A stretch of DNA of 64,000 bases, taken from the NCBI GenBank assembly GCA_053919585.1, contig CM132783.1. One strand, written 5' to 3'. How positions within the stretch are numbered: position 1 is the first letter of the stretch; every line of letters starts with the position of its first letter. The notes under the pieces were generated by a model that saw nothing but the letters and a program-made list of their open reading frames with translations, made no database searches and had not been told where the DNA came from. The translations under genes were made by a program, and so were the position numbers. The DNA is from Euprymna scolopes (Eukaryota). Below are positions 14,331 to 29,100 of this stretch, piece by piece.

Positions 14331-15832
14331 AATATGCAAATCGATATTTTTGTTCTACTCCAATAGTTGTCAATGAAAATTCCTTAAACTTCGCAAGTTA
14401 TGTGACAACACGAACGAATGCGCAGATATAAAATTTAAAGCTGATCTGCGCAATAACAAGCAAATTACAGCCATTTTGGTGACTTGCAGATTTTTTCAGC
14501 TTGCCAAGTTTACATACAAGATAGGACGTAAAGGTGCATTAAGTCAAGCTGACAAGTCTGAAAGTGTTCAAAACCTTCATAATAAGATTTCCAGCTTAGA
14601 AATCTTTAAAGAATTACACCGTGATCATCGTACAATCAATAAATATTGTACTAACCCTTAACTTTACAACGGTCATTCTGAGAAAGGGAAAATTCGTAAG
14701 AAATCATATCTGCCACGTAAAACAATGAACAAGATAAAGAGAGACGTTCACCGTAACCCACTTGAAACTAGTAAACAAGTTTTGTTTTTTAAGCTAGCGT
14801 TCCTGATGTGCACAAATCAACTCGGTACCTTCTCCTGAGAACGATTGCTAAATTTGGAAAGCTCGCAGTCCGCCCTCAATTGAAGAATATACACAAGAAA
14901 AAGAGGATGACGTGGACAAGAGATCACATGAAGGTACATTTTCTAACTGTTGTGTTCACCGATGAGTGTTGAGTGAGCCTTTATGGACCCGATGTGTGGA
15001 GGATAGGACGGCACCATAATTAATGTCTACGTCAGCAAAGGGCTAGACGTCAACAAGGAGGTGGTTGTGTGATGTTCTAAGCTGCAATCATTGGCAAGGC
15101 GCTGGTAGGACCATTGAGAGTCGCAGATGAAGTGAAAATTACCGACAAACTCTACATTTACTAAATTAAGGAAGACTTGGCACCGTGGTTCAAAAATAAA
15201 AATTTAGCATTCCGGAAGAAAATGTTATTCATGCATGATGATACCCCGTCTCATTCTGCAAGGATAGCCGCTGAATATTTGGAGAGAGTGTTTGCCAGAA
15301 ATAGGAAAATAATGTGATAGCCAGCCTGTTCTCCAGATTTAAATCCCATCGATTCTGTAGAGCATCTTTAAACAAAATAGTTACTACGGAGGAAGGAAGT
15401 ACAACTCCAAGGATGACCTGTGGAATACTATTCTGACTGCTGCCAAATGCATTTCATCAGATCAAATCGGAAGTTTAACATATTCAATGGACAAAAGGCT
15501 CTTTGCTGTTGCCAATAAAAATGGAATTATATAAGATATTGATTATACTATGAAGCCATATTGAATTTATTTGTTCTTTAATATTGTTGTTCTCAATTTA
15601 CAAATTCCTAGAATAATCAATGTTTCGACGGTCTTTTAGCACTTCGCCATATTTTACATTGGTTTGCATATAAAGTTGGCACACTGAAAAATATGGAAAT
15701 CACCAAAATGGTTGTCAATTATTTATTACTGTGTAGATAAGCTTACTATTTTAGATCTGCACTTGTGTTAGTGTTGCTATATAACGAGCTAAATTTATCA
15801 AATATATCGATTTGCAGAGAATTCTCGCACGG

Positions 15833-15834
<2 letters not shown>
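14331..15834 (+). mobile_element. Tc1/mariner-superfamily DD37E (TRT-like) transposon with long imperfect TIRs
   Basis: Decayed transposase ~14521-15545 has VVFTDEC, RRQQGGGCVMF and FMHD-x37-(E) with SPDLNPI. Inverted repeats of ~170-190 bp lie at 14335-14520 and 15660-15834. The right end abuts TA; the left end is lost in the N-gap. Confidence 0.85.
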
Positions 15835-15886
<52 letters not shown>

Positions 15887-15962
15887 GCCTGATGAGGTGA
15901 TGTTCCCTAGCAGGGTGGTCACTGGAACAGTTGCATATGTGTAGCCATAAGTTTGCGTATTA

Positions 15963-16020
<58 letters not shown>

Positions 16021-16021
16021 A

Positions 16022-16612
16022 TTATCTATCCGTATAAAAGCCAAGTAGTCCAAGTATGGAATATTGCTGTCATATCTCGGCTGGAGCTGCTAAAAACAGC
16101 ATAAACCTATCCTGCCCTGACAGAGTACAAAATAGACTTCGTGGCTTAGTGGGGATGCCCTTTTCTCTCTCCTAGAACCTCTCTCCCACAGAAGAAACGT
16201 TGCGAACCTGTCTTTGTTTTATCGTTATTTCCATGGCAACTGCTCGTTTGAGCTCTAATCTCGGGTCACCCCCGCCAATCTTTCACAAAAACAACACCTC
16301 TCTGGCTGAAACCACTGTCAGAAATTTTCCCCATATTTATCTGTGCAAAAACCAAAACGTAGATGCCATGAACAAAGCTTCTTTGAAGTACACGACTGTG
16401 GAACTCTCTTCCCTTCGACTGTTTCCCACCTGACTACAAATTGGATGTCTTCAAGTCTAACTTAAACATATTTCTGATGAATTACACCCGTAAATAAGGC
16501 CTTTTATCAAATCTCGATGCTATCCCACTGATTGCTGTACACGCAATAACTCTCATCCTAGAGTAACCTCCGGGCCTTGATAAGCGGTGGCCCCACTTGA
16601 ACGAAAATATGT
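16022..16612 (+). mobile_element. CR1-like LINE 3' fragment
   Basis: PSMEYCCHISAGAA and RNVANLSLFYRYFHGNCS motifs, followed by a 3' UTR. Confidence 0.75.
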
Positions 16613-19339
16613 ATATTTTAATGTTTTCAAGCAAATACCTCATTAAGCTCTCATATAAAAAAAAAAAAAAATGTAAAAAGTGATTTTAAAAAACCATTGA
16701 CGTGTAAATGCACCCCAGGAAAAAAACTTTCGAAATGTATAGGATGACATTATTTATCTCATATTTTACTATATTTTACTCATAGTGTAAGTTCATTTTA
16801 ATAAATTGGTTAATAATGAACCAATCTTAAATTTTATATTTTATTTAGCATTGTAAAATCTTTAAACAATTGAAAGAGTAATATTCTGAAGTAAAGCGGT
16901 TATTACAGATGTGTTTTGCTTGAGAACTGGTATTACTTGGTCTAAGAAATAATGGACGCACTTTTTAAATGGAGCTTAGTAAGTAGTGTCAAATAATAAA
17001 TATTAATAAATTAAACTCACATTTTGCATAACACCTTGTCTGTATTTACAGCTTTAGGAGAATTCGTGGAATATCATCTAAAATATCATCCTAGGTTCGA
17101 TAGCCAAAATCACGATATGCCTTATTGAAATATGTATTTAAATCATAGGAAGATTCTACACTACAAAGTGCATACATCAAAATTATATAATCCATCGTAA
17201 GTCGTTGTGAACTGAAATTTACCAAAGTGTACAAATATCCATATGACAATGTATTCTGAACAGTTACTTCTTGGAAAATTTCGAAATGCGCAATATTTTT
17301 TTAGAAAAGAAGTGATTATTCTACACACGTGTTAGTCAGACACCAGTGTATTTTACACTCTTAGAATAGAATATGCATTTTTAGTATCCACAATTCAAAA
17401 TATTTCGACATTTTTGTGAGAAACAAATAAAAATGTATTCCTCTTAATTTCAACTACACTATACGATGTGTGTTACGCAACAACGCATGGTATAATTGCA
17501 CACATCTGTGTAAGTTAGAAATTTAATCGAAGCTTATTATCCAACTCTGGAAATTTTCAGCACTCGCCACAATTAAAAAAAAACGATCATTCTCGTAGGA
17601 ACATAAAACATGATAAAACATTATTATTGAAGAGGAACATGACATACATGAACTAATAACACATAAACATTTTACAATATGTACGTTATAGAACGATATT
17701 AAGAAATGCGGAAGACATGATTCAGAATCGACTACATTGTCAACATATATTATTCAATAAGACGATAATTTCATGTTGTAAAATCACGGAGGACTGATCA
17801 CAAAAAATGATAGTAAAATGTAAAAATAGCATTTTCCCAAGTTTTTTCCACCTGTGTAATAATAAGAAAATTTAACAGAAAGAAGACAGAGCTTTTTCTG
17901 GAGAAACAAAAGGAATAATTCGTGTTACGTCAAATAATGCAATACCTTGACATTAAACCATTTTTATTTAGTATGTTCTGCGGTAATCATTTACTGCAGA
18001 TACTGAATACAGTTAAACATGTGGAAAACAGGGTATGCAAAAGTATTCTTTCCTGTGTATTTTAACAAGCAGATCATGTCAAACACACTTTGCAGAGCGT
18101 TGCCGATTTGTAGTTTCATAAACTGAAGAAAATATGCATTTTATTAGAAAATTAATAAAACGGGATACAGCCACCTAAAAGAATTCAATAACATTTTTGG
18201 AGAAAAGGAAATTACCATACAAATCGTTTACATAACAATGTAAAAATGGTTTGATACGCCTTTGGGTGCACTAGTTAAACAGCCACTTATTAAGTTTCCC
18301 GACATAAAATGAGTAGATAGTTATCTTTACATTAGTCACTTACTCACATCCGTGCCGTTCGACGACATATTATAGTGTAGCACTCTCTCATTTTTATAGA
18401 AATTGCTACTATTGATTTTGTAAATGCATTTTTATCATTCCATTTTTTAGGGTTTTATTTTAGGCCATTTGTAAAATGCCTGGCTCATCCTAAAGTATTA
18501 ATCTTATAAACATTTGTTTCTCTGTATAGTTTTAATTTAAAATTCGTATTTCAATATATATTTATATATATATATATATATCGGTATCTTTAAGTACGCT
18601 TAGTCATTCAATTTAGTTTTGTTGCATGAAATGATCTTAAAAAATACACCAATATATTCTTACCAGCCATAAACGAAACTTCCAGTTATATAGTAATTGT
18701 CTGTATTTTGTATTTTCCAGTTATAGTTTAAATATTGAGTGTATGTCAGAAAAGTAGCAATTTCATTCAACAAAAATTAACTTTTCAATTTGGATATTTG
18801 TCAAACCGTCTTTTATATTTTATAAATGATGGAAAAGGAGGTGTTAAGTCTGCATACGATGTAGTACCACAATAAAAGACGGAAATCAGCCTGACTAGTT
18901 ATTTTAAGTGTATTTGACAGACTCGAAATTTCCGCATATTTAGCGATCACTGCAGTACTCTGTTGAATCTTTATAACCTTAATCTCGTCATTGCAAATAG
19001 AATCTATTTCATTAAAAAATAATACAACAATATGCAAACTGCGCATCTCGAGGAAATACCATATTCAATAAATAAAATAAATAGATAACGAACTGACAAA
19101 AAACGAGGGTGTACAAAATGGAGGTTACAGAAAAGTATTGATTATTACAGAAAGTGGGAGGGAATAGAAATTTCAAATGAAATACCTAAAAGGGCCTTTC
19201 AAACTGATTTCTAGAAAAATATATAATGACACTTAAACAATATAAAAAATAAATTATAATGCATGTAATGTAATGCTAATTGCTTCAAATGCCGCTAGTG
19301 CAACCTGAGGCGAAGAATATTCCAATCTGTTTTTTTTCT

Positions 19340-19500
19340 TACTGTTTAAGAATTGAAACGTGTAGTTCGCGAAAAATGATGACATTAAGAAGAATCAAGT
19401 ATGGTATCTAAGGGGAAAATGTCTATCGATCCGCTATGAATGTTTCAAGAAGTCTAAAGCTGTGAAGTGAAATAAAAGGGGTGGGAGAACCTGCTACTTG
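19340..19500 (+). mobile_element. Possible mariner transposase N-terminal (HTH) remnant
   Basis: GKCLS..YECFKKSK...RGGR resembles YGE.CLS...V.EW.K.FK.G...RSGRP; highly decayed. Confidence 0.3.
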
Positions 19501-20419
19501 ATCTTCTCAATGGAGGCGATGGCGGAATCGACTGATTATTAAAAAACATTGAAAAGGAATTTTCCGTATATTTTATTTATGATACAATAGGAATAGGATA
19601 TTAATTTTGTTTCATATTATTAATAATGATATTAATTTAACTATAATAAGAAAATAATGAATAGGAAATATTGTACACGATTTATATAATTGAAAATGGA
19701 CTAGCCTGAACCTATTCTGTCAGATCCGGTTGATAGATAGCAAAAAGCAAGAAAAGGTGTCATTGAATTAACACTACATTTTCTAAAATCTAGTTAAGTT
19801 GACATTCTGAAATATAACTGTAAATCGAGCAGATCGTGTTTTTTTAGTAAGTATGTGGTAGGTAAGTTAATAATTAAGGTGCCAACCAAGATAAAGTAAT
19901 TTCAAAAACATCTAAATTAACGTAAAACAATTCGGTTCCACACTCTTGGATAGAGAGTAAAGCAGAAAAATATTCTACGTAAGAAATAGTTTAGGTTATT
20001 TTCTAACAATAAACAGAAATTATAACAAAAAGCATTTTCGTTGACTTTGGAAGAAGTAAGGTTACGTGCCTGAGCTTCTCGCGAACAATGAAAAGTAAAA
20101 ATATAGTCTGTTTACAAATGCATACTTTGATTAAAGCTGAAATCATTGATTCGTGTCCTTTGCAATGAACAATAATTTTTATAGGATGTGGTCATTTAAT
20201 TATTGTTTTTCTAAAGTGATTGACAATGACCTGAAATCGAAAGTATCACAGCCGGGATGTAAGGTAAGAAAAGAAAACTAAAACACTTGTTAAAATGGCA
20301 GTTGAGATAAAATGTAATAAAAAACTTGCAAGTCTACCCTTTAAAATCTACAAAATCCCATCATTACTAGATATAAATCTTAAAACCATTGGTTCATGTG
20401 TCTTGCAATTGTCGTGATG

Positions 20420-20850
20420 ATAGACTTCGTCATTTCTATTTTTGCATGGTGCAGAACTCAAATTTACATATGTTACAGCCAAAAACTGTATTGTGTGTTC
20501 ACTTTCAATAGGATTTGACGTCCCCTGTGGATGTTTGGGGCTAAATGGGGTGCCTCGTTCATTATGCACTCACAAGGGGCAATATCAGCTTCAGTTATTT
20601 TTTATGTAAATTGCTCAAAACAATGCATGACCCACTTTAAAATTTCCATGACAGTCGTCCGAACAAAATATGAGTTTACCTGAATTTATTTTGTATAAAA
20701 AGAAAACATCGCGAGAAGGCAAAAATCCCCTTGGATTTTTACATTAAGTCGCTCCAGAAAAACATAAATCTAGTTAAATATTTTTTTATGGAAAGCGTTC
20801 CAGGTAAGGCCCGATACCACTTTAATTTTTTAATGGAAATCGCTCAACAA
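20420..20850 (-). mobile_element. Possible piggyBac-like transposase C-terminal remnant
   Basis: Minus-strand IKKLKWYRA and TVFGCNICKFEFC resemble the piggyBac KW motif and Cys-rich domain; decayed. Confidence 0.35.
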
Positions 20851-21189
20851 AAAACATTAACATGCGTATATATGTTTACAGAAAAGAGAAATAAAAATTA
20901 GATGTGTATTGCTACTTTAAAATAGGGTGGGCGTGTGAAAAAAGGACATTTCTTACCTTTGATTATGACATTTTGTTGCAAAAACGCATACATATATACA
21001 TATCAATTAATATACATATAAATAAATGTACATGCAACATGAACCCGTTAAAAAGACACTTTTTAAAAAATTAAAACAATGCAAAAATAAGGCATACGAT
21101 ATTTTGAATAAATAAGAAAGAAAACTAATGTGCATAAAAGTAAAAGTCAATGTTTATTTATGCGCGCATTAAAAAAGCATGCAAAAAGG

Positions 21190-21348
21190 ATTTGTCAACA
21201 AGAAAATTTACAAAGAGGATGTTTTTAAAAAGTGATGCAAACATTATTTGTCAAAAATAAAATACCAAGAAAATGTTTTCAACAAAGTTAGGAAAAAATA
21301 ATTTGTCCAAACTAAATTCACAAAGAAAATGTTTTTAAAAAAGTGATG
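21190..21348. repeat. ~55-bp minisatellite, 3 degenerate copies
   Basis: Unit atttgtc...caaagaaaatgtttttaaaaagtgatg recurs three times. Confidence 0.7.
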
Positions 21349-21505
21349 TTTTTTTATTTGTTTGATTTTTTTTATTTCAGTAAAAGTATTAGTTACGCAT
21401 TATTAGGTTAAAGAGTTAATACACACAAAATGAATGCGGGTTAACGTCTTACCCAGGACATTTTTTAATCTATAGATATTTTAATAAATACATGATCGAT
21501 AAAAG

Positions 21506-23133
21506 TTATTCAAAGTAAACTCCCCCAACAAGTTTTGAAGCGAAACTATTTATCTTTATTCTTGTTGCGTGTTTCATGAATGAATCACCGGCATTTTGTT
21601 CTGATGATATGTAATTTAAAATAATGGATACCTTTTTCACCTTGGTTTTTATGAAATGATATTTTCTATCAATATGCTTATATCCTGAGTGAATTATTGT
21701 ATTCCGTGCTAAGACAAAAACTGGCTTGATTATCACAATTAATTACTACGGGGATTTTGGTTAATTCTGGCTCTAAAATAGTCTATACAATATTTTTAAG
21801 GTAAAGTGCTCCCTCGGTGTGTGTGTGTGTGATCGCGTTAAATTCTGCTTCACACGTAGAGAGGTAGATGAACCCCGTTGCCTTAAAGATTCCCTTGAAA
21901 TAATGTTTGAAACAATATCCAAATATACTTTTTAGATCGTTGTCATTACCCCGATCTAAATCTAAAAACTATTTTAATTTTAGTGGATTTTTTTTTTATT
22001 TTCTAAATACATACTTCTGTTCTTTAATGCGTTTTAAATACCTAATTGATTGTTTAGCTCTGTTTAAATATTTCAGTATAGGTATTGATAATTTTCCTGA
22101 TTGTTTTGTTACTGTATAGCATATATTAAGTCTCGTCGCAGTCATTAAACATATAAGACTTTCTATGATTACCTGGTATAATTTATCGTCTATTATTTCA
22201 GATTGTGTGTATATATAGTTTTAGTAATGTCACGTTCTGCTGGTGTAGAGCGTTTGTATCCCCGTCCCCTTGCAAATTTTAATAGTATTTTGTCAATGTA
22301 TCTCGATTGGTTCATTTTCTATGAATAAATTCTATCCTTAAAAACTAGGATATTTTGCCAAGATCGGTCATTTTGAACATTTATTTAATTTGTTCATAAC
22401 ATCGGTTAACATTATGTCACAATTTGATTCGATTAAAATACCTCGACCCATTAAACCAAAATCAGTAGTTTATTGTCTTTGCGTTGGGCATACAAACAGG
22501 GTCTGCTGGACATTGTTTAAATTGTCGTTTATTCATATAATCATGAAAAACTGTATCCCAACACTGAACACTCGTATTTAGACTGTACAATGACTTGTTA
22601 ATTCGCCATTTTCATTTTTATTTGTATACCATTGTGGGGTTGTAATAGTAATTTCAAAGTAAATTGGGATATTCAAACAGACAGATTTTATGTTCTTTTG
22701 ATCGATGTTTAAGTCATATTGAGATGCGATTTGCAATTAAATTCCGACTATCATTAAGTCAGTAGTCAATGGAAATGTAGAAAAGTATTCTATACCGTAT
22801 GTCTGAGAGTCTCTTTTAACAACAAATCTTGATTTGCACTGTTCAACGTCTGATGCTGTGCTTATTTTTTGAAAGGCCCTTGTAAAAATGACACGTTTAT
22901 CTTTTGGGAGAGGCACTGTGGTATCGGTATGGTTTTCGGTCAAAACATCTTTTTCGTGTTTCATGAGTAATTTCCATTGATTGCAATGTTTTGAATTAAT
23001 TGCGTCGTAAAAACTTTTTATCGTATTGTCCATGGAATAGCAATTATCAATTTGATAATCTTTCATATTGTCGACCACGAAAAAATCGGGCCGTGTTCTA
23101 TTTCTTTTGCGCTATCTTTCATCATCATCATCC

Positions 23134-23175
<42 letters not shown>

Positions 23176-23870
23176 CCACCACCACCACCAGCACCACCAC
23201 CATTGACACTCTTGTCCCCGTTATCTTCATTGTCTTTATTTGTTTCAATAATTTGAGGAAATATAATTTCGCCCTCTTCATATGACGGAGTTTCATCTTT
23301 AAAATTAAACGTGTCTGCGAATTTTGCACACCAGATTCTTTTTTTTTATATTATTATTATTTTTCTCTGCAAAACAAACAAACAAACAAATTGAATGGAC
23401 TGTTTTTATCGTATTCAGTTAATATACCTCTATCTGTTTTAATAATTAATTTACTCTTTTTATCTATAGATCCGAAGCAAGTTGAACCAAATACATGCAT
23501 TCTGCTTAAATTTGTTTTCTACCGCAGAAAGCGTCATATGGAGTTTTAGATAGACTTTTGTTAAAACACCTGTTTCGTATAAAGCCAGCCGTCACAAGTG
23601 CATACCTCCAGATATTTTTGTAGGGGGGTGATTCAATGAGTAGACATCTGGCCATTTCAAAAAGTGTCCGGCATGCTCTTTCCGCCGTCCGGCTTTGGTG
23701 TGGCGATCTAGGGGCCGATTTTGTATGCTTGATACGATGGTTAATTAGTAAAAGTTAAAGATCTTTATTAGTGAATTCTGTACCGTTGTCAGAACGAATA
23801 CACTTAAATTCACCGTAGGGAGCGATGTCGGATGAATATTTTTAGTTGCTAGCAAGGTATCAGATTCGAT
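21506..23870 (-). mobile_element. Ty1/copia LTR-retrotransposon pol remnant (IN-RT-RNaseH order)
   Basis: Integrase: FKCIRSDNGTEF and PHQSRTAERACRTLFEMARCLL. RT: KSRFVVKRDSQTYGIEYFSTF. RNase H: KHIDRKYHFIK..YISSEQNAGD. A purine tract gggggag follows at ~21520. The order is the copia domain order. LTRs were not identified. Confidence 0.88.
23120..23202. repeat. (CAT)n-(CAC)n microsatellite inside the copia IN-RT linker
   Basis: Seen directly; source of the poly-H/S/I/M ORFs. Confidence 0.95.
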
Positions 23871-24989
23871 AAATAAAACATTAATCCATTATTAAACATG
23901 AGCGTTCATCTACGTCATTCAAGACATATCTATAATGTTCTCTGTCCATCGATTCCACGGGGCCGTTCTAGTCACAATGCACAAGTGATAGGATTTTCGT
24001 TGACTTCTTGTTTGATATCTTGTTTTGATGGTTTGTTATTTTTCCCTGAGTACAAAAGTCGCAGTTAAAGTTTTATGATGTTCTTCTATTCATTCCGTCA
24101 ACTACGGTAAGAAACTATTTTGATATCAGGAATATTGCAGTGCTCAGGAAATTTAAGCTATGTCTGTAAATCATGGTAGGCAGTTTTCGATGGAACTACG
24201 ATATTTAAATAATATAATCTTCTATTTTCTTTATTGTCGAATACAGTTCCATAGGAATTGATGAGAAAGTAAATCCATACAAACATCAATTAAATTCACG
24301 ACATAAATCGAATGTGGAAAAAACTCAAAGATTTTGTTTCGTTAAAACCAGTTATTGCAGAGAATATTTTACGAAATACTTTTTTCCTCGTAAAAACAGA
24401 TTGTTTGACGGGAATATCTTGAGAGAAATCATAATGATTTTGAATATTGTTATTTTATTTAGAACATTAGTACATTCCCCACATTCGGTTTTGAAAAAAA
24501 TACAAGTTATATAAACTGAATTGCACAATAAAATCTTAAGAAACATCAACGGTAAGTTTTTTTTTCTTTTTCTTTCTCGCTAGGTAAACCATATAAATGC
24601 TATTATTTTTCTTGAAATGCAATGTTTGTAATTATTTAAATTATTTAATATGACCAGAAAATAAACTCTAAACCCCGAAAACTAGTCCAACACGGTTAAC
24701 CTAAATAAATATAAGGACATGCTCAATCCGTTTGAGAAATATAAATCGCGAATAATCACAGAAAGCAAAATTTAAAAAATAGATGCTTTAAATCTGCATA
24801 ACTTTTATACACACACACGGAGACAACAATTTATTTTACATGTAATACATACACTATACATTAGAGCGATATTATTAGTCGACTATGAGGTCACATTATT
24901 TGCTGGCAAGGTGGTTGACGTATATAATGCTAAAAAGGTTTATAGCTATGGTGAATTAATAAAGGCCGGTAGGAGAATTTATATTTCTC

Positions 24990-25380
24990 AACTAAAAGAT
25001 ATCGGAAACACTGATCAAATAGATATGGCTTTTTTATTGAGGCTGGGTGTTTTCAGCCTTCATTTAAATGAGCAATCATGCGGAATTATGTAGGAATCTG
25101 ACAATAAAGATCAGTGAGTGTACGCTACTGCTTTCTATCAAAAAGAAATATATCATAAATGTTACGCTTTTGCCCTAATCATAAAAGCAACTGAACGACA
25201 TATTGTGTGTTAATAGATTTGGAAATCTCATTCGGAAATTTATAAACAGTGTTAACTATAACCAAATGTAGATATATGATTTTCTTGGGGAAATAATAAA
25301 GGGGCTGAATCGGAATTATGGGATCATTGTTATTAAATAGTTATGCTGAGGAAATTATTCGTCGATCAATAGATAATACG
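24990..25380 (+). mobile_element. Possible Merlin/IS1595-like transposase remnant
   Basis: IGNTDQID, DQ*VY, TLLP-II and YAEEIIRR occur in the order of the Merlin motifs IGG..VQIDE / QWVFG / TLLPII / YL.EF..R; very decayed. Confidence 0.3.
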
Positions 25381-25650
25381 CGTATTGTGTTTAAATTACA
25401 AAGCGATATTACTGCTTCAATATCTGGATAGAAATGTGTAATATATAAGAATTTTTATACGTATTAAATCTAAGAAAGGGGTTTTACAAATTTGATATAA
25501 AAGCAAATTACGTTGTATACATTTAAACCCTTGGTGCATTTGAGATCCTCGAATTATGATCTGTTAAATATAACTATATAGTAAGACCATTTGCTTTTAT
25601 ATTTTTAGTTTGTTGATTAGTTTACCACATTTGGCACACTCAATCCATAT

Positions 25651-25818
25651 ATACGAGGGTTGTTCCAAAAGTAAACCCTCCTATTTTAACTTACTAACCA
25701 AAACTACGTATATCTGAAAACATATATCTATTATTATTATTAATACAAAACACCTATTACTATTAATACAACAGGATTTTTGTGCTCCATCATTTATTTT
25801 TCCACATATCTAATATAC
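25651..25818 (-). mobile_element. Mariner right end (TIR plus transposase C-terminus)
   Basis: TA followed by cgagggttgttccaaaagt is a mariner-like TIR. The minus strand reads YVEK* at ~25800. A similar TIR is at 59632. Confidence 0.5.
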
Positions 25819-28599
25819 CAAAGCTACTTATGCTATCGTATTTTGATGCCTATGTAATTGCTTTAGTCTCCTGTTTTTTAAACTGTAATACATAAAAATC
25901 TACCGTTACCTTGCCGATCCAGAATTTATTTTTCTAGTAAATTAACTTCGAAATAATATCAAACAAAACGGTATATAAGTCCCAATCTTTGTAAAGTTTG
26001 ATGGTTTGACAAAAGTAACTTATATTTTAATTTAAAATGATATATTTTTACAATTTAGAAAAAAAAACTGATCCACATATATATATTGACTGCCTAAATT
26101 CATCTCTGGACAAAAATATCATAGGTTTGTAGAAATATATGCTACATATAAATTCAATAAATTTAGACTAATTGCTACTATCGTATGTAGATTTCCACAC
26201 AATTTATGACCAATTCAGTCGTGATAATAAAATACCAAATCGTATTCTACGAGCCACACATAATAATCGCAACATCTTTATATGACAGATCCCCTATTTT
26301 TCTCTTATTATTTTATCCTAAAACTGCTTCTTTTGTTAAATAGCAGGGCGCTTATATTAGGGACATATATAACGGTACTCATAATACATGAATAAACGAT
26401 GGTGATGACAATTCTTAATGGTGACATATATAACAGATTGAATCATTCTTGGAGATTTCATATTAATACGGCCTGGGAGATATGATTCAAAAGTTTGTAT
26501 AACACATACAAGAGGAGGAGAGATTAATTATTGATGATAAAAGGAAGCACATTACGTATACTGGTTTTGCAAGTTCGTTGCAAATAATGGTAAAACCACC
26601 TCTACCTTTTTGGTTGTGAGGAATGACGGCAAACACTTACAATCATGGATGGTTTCTTTATTCTTCAACCGGCTAATTGGTGGTATGAGGAATTCAAACT
26701 TTGATCTACATGGTCTAATTCCCTCTCGTCACTTCTAAGGGTTGCCACTCGCCAACTGATTCTATCACCGTGTGTGATCTGCTTTAAATATATGTCCTCA
26801 TTAACTTCGGTACTTCTAACTCTTATATTCCTATATTGAGAAATCTCCTTTCTTAATGACGTCAGAAGTGTGTTTACCAACGTTAAAAATTTCACGTGGA
26901 TTTACAAATGTTCGTCCAAACACTGTTGGTAAACCATTAATCCTCAACCTAATCGTTTAATATCTTACCTATTTTTAAACAATATATTTTTAAATTCGCA
27001 TTGTCCATACTTTTTACTGACCTACTTAATATCCAGATTTCTAAAAGGATGGGCAATCGACTCCTTTTCTGAAATTAATAATAATTATCTAATGTAAGTG
27101 ACTTTAATCTTAACATTCTATTTTCCATTATCTTAAACACTTGCCTAAAGGATTCGATTCTAGCCTCTTAATATTATTTTCACTTATCTTGTATATCTTC
27201 TAACTTACATGAGAAGGGGACAGCCCTTTCATGTAACACTAGTTAGTAATCCCTCGTACTCTACACCTTCAACATATTCTGTGTAACTGGGTCATACATA
27301 CATAAACTTAGCATAATCTTTTATATATCCATCTTATATTAAATGAACCCCGACACTTCTTATTGGCTGAGCTCTGAAAACTCTCACAATCCGGAATCCA
27401 TTTATTTGCTTTATAAATGAACGCCCTGTAACATTAGAATATGACTTAAATAAGAGGCATATTATTTCGTCAGGCGTCAAGTTCTTTTACTGCATGAGTC
27501 ATGTTTGTCATGAAAAAACGAACTATAAAAGAGGAAAACATCTTAAAACGAACGTTAAATGGCCTGTTTTCTTGATTTTGCATACAACATTTAAAACACT
27601 CTATGCACTATAACAATCTCCTTCGTTCCCGTCGACGCCGTGGTCTTCGTCAAAACAACAAAACATTTACACAGCACTAGCGATCGAGTTTATTCTTTTA
27701 GAGTTAAATACACTACGTCTACAGTGGTGATGTTTCAAACCGACGCGTTTAATATGTGTTTATATGTTGAAGAGTTTAACTCCCCAATTTTTGCGTCTTT
27801 ATATTTTGTTTTCTTATAAAACACAAACAAAAACACATAAAAATACGGATTTTCAATTATTTCATAATATCTTTGCAATTTGATTACATTGGTTATCTTC
27901 TGTTTTACATGTCATTTGTTTACAGATTACTCGAAAACCTTACATGTCGACTAATAAACGTTAATGTGAAAATCGATGAGAAACAGCCAATTAAAATATA
28001 TTGGAACCTTGACTATTCCCCTTATCAATGGTATATCAAGTATTTGGATATATATAAAATTATTCTGCACTTCATTTAAGAGGTCAGCTTCCAAATGTTT
28101 GCATTTTAATTAACATGCCGAAAAAATAACGAAGTTTATTGAACTAAACAAAACCAACCTATATTTTGAAAGCAGTTATATTTCCGCAAACTATTTTTTT
28201 AAATGCCGTATTTTTTCTCAAATGATCGTAATAAAAAGACAGACTTACTCTTCAATATATACACGCATATGAAATTCATCGGTTTAAAACATCATCAGTT
28301 TTCACAAGGACACAAAATATGAATATAAAGTCGTGTAAAATACATAAATGTTTATATATTTTGGTACAATACCATTGTTTTCTCAATTTTACCATTTTGT
28401 TTGTAATAAGCTGGCTATGATTATCACGTAACCATTTTTCGGCCTTTTGACTTTAAATATTTCAACTTAGAATATTACAACTTTATTGGACACGTTTAAC
28501 TTTAAGAACCTTTAAAACACAAATATATTTCAGATTCCAAAATAATAATTAAAAAGTATTGGTGAACGGGCCATTACTGTTTACTTTTCGTTTTTACTT

Positions 28600-29100
28600 A
28601 TTCGTAATTTGTTTTCAAGCTTAAAATTCTGAACACAACATTCTGCTGCACATTGACTACTCGTATTTAATGTTGTTATCGGCATGTACATTTTATCATT
28701 TTCACTTTTTCGAAAATTCATACGGCGCTCGTCATAGGTTGGTTACTTAGCTTTCGCATCACCAAAATACCTTTGGAAATTTATATACAGCTTACCAAGC
28801 GGCTAGAGGAAGCAGTAACAACTGATGTGGTAAAAAACATGTTTTCAATTCATTAGAACGTTTTCATTACAAATTGATCCCCAGCAGTTACAGTCAATTA
28901 AAAATACTACCTATAACCTCTTATTAATTTTAAATGTAGATTGTACTCAATGAGAGGGATATTTATAAGGTTACGGGAAACATTGTTCAGGTCCACAGCA
29001 GTTTTCTTAGACGTTCCTATTCCTCGTGACACAAGGTTCCTCTTCCGAAATAAATGCACTGGGCTATAATTAATTTTTAGTGCATGCTTTATTTTCGTTA
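28600..29100 (-). mobile_element. Possible piggyBac-like transposase remnant
   Basis: Minus-strand IEYN, VFYHI..AW and IKYE*SMCSRMLCSE resemble the piggyBac C-terminus. Confidence 0.3.

Noticed and set aside
15886-15935. ctgatgag-gtga..tcac-tggaac hammerhead-like motif between (TA)n tracts
   Set aside because: The GAAA core is mutated and there is no convincing stem I or III; at most a dead pseudo-LTR fragment.
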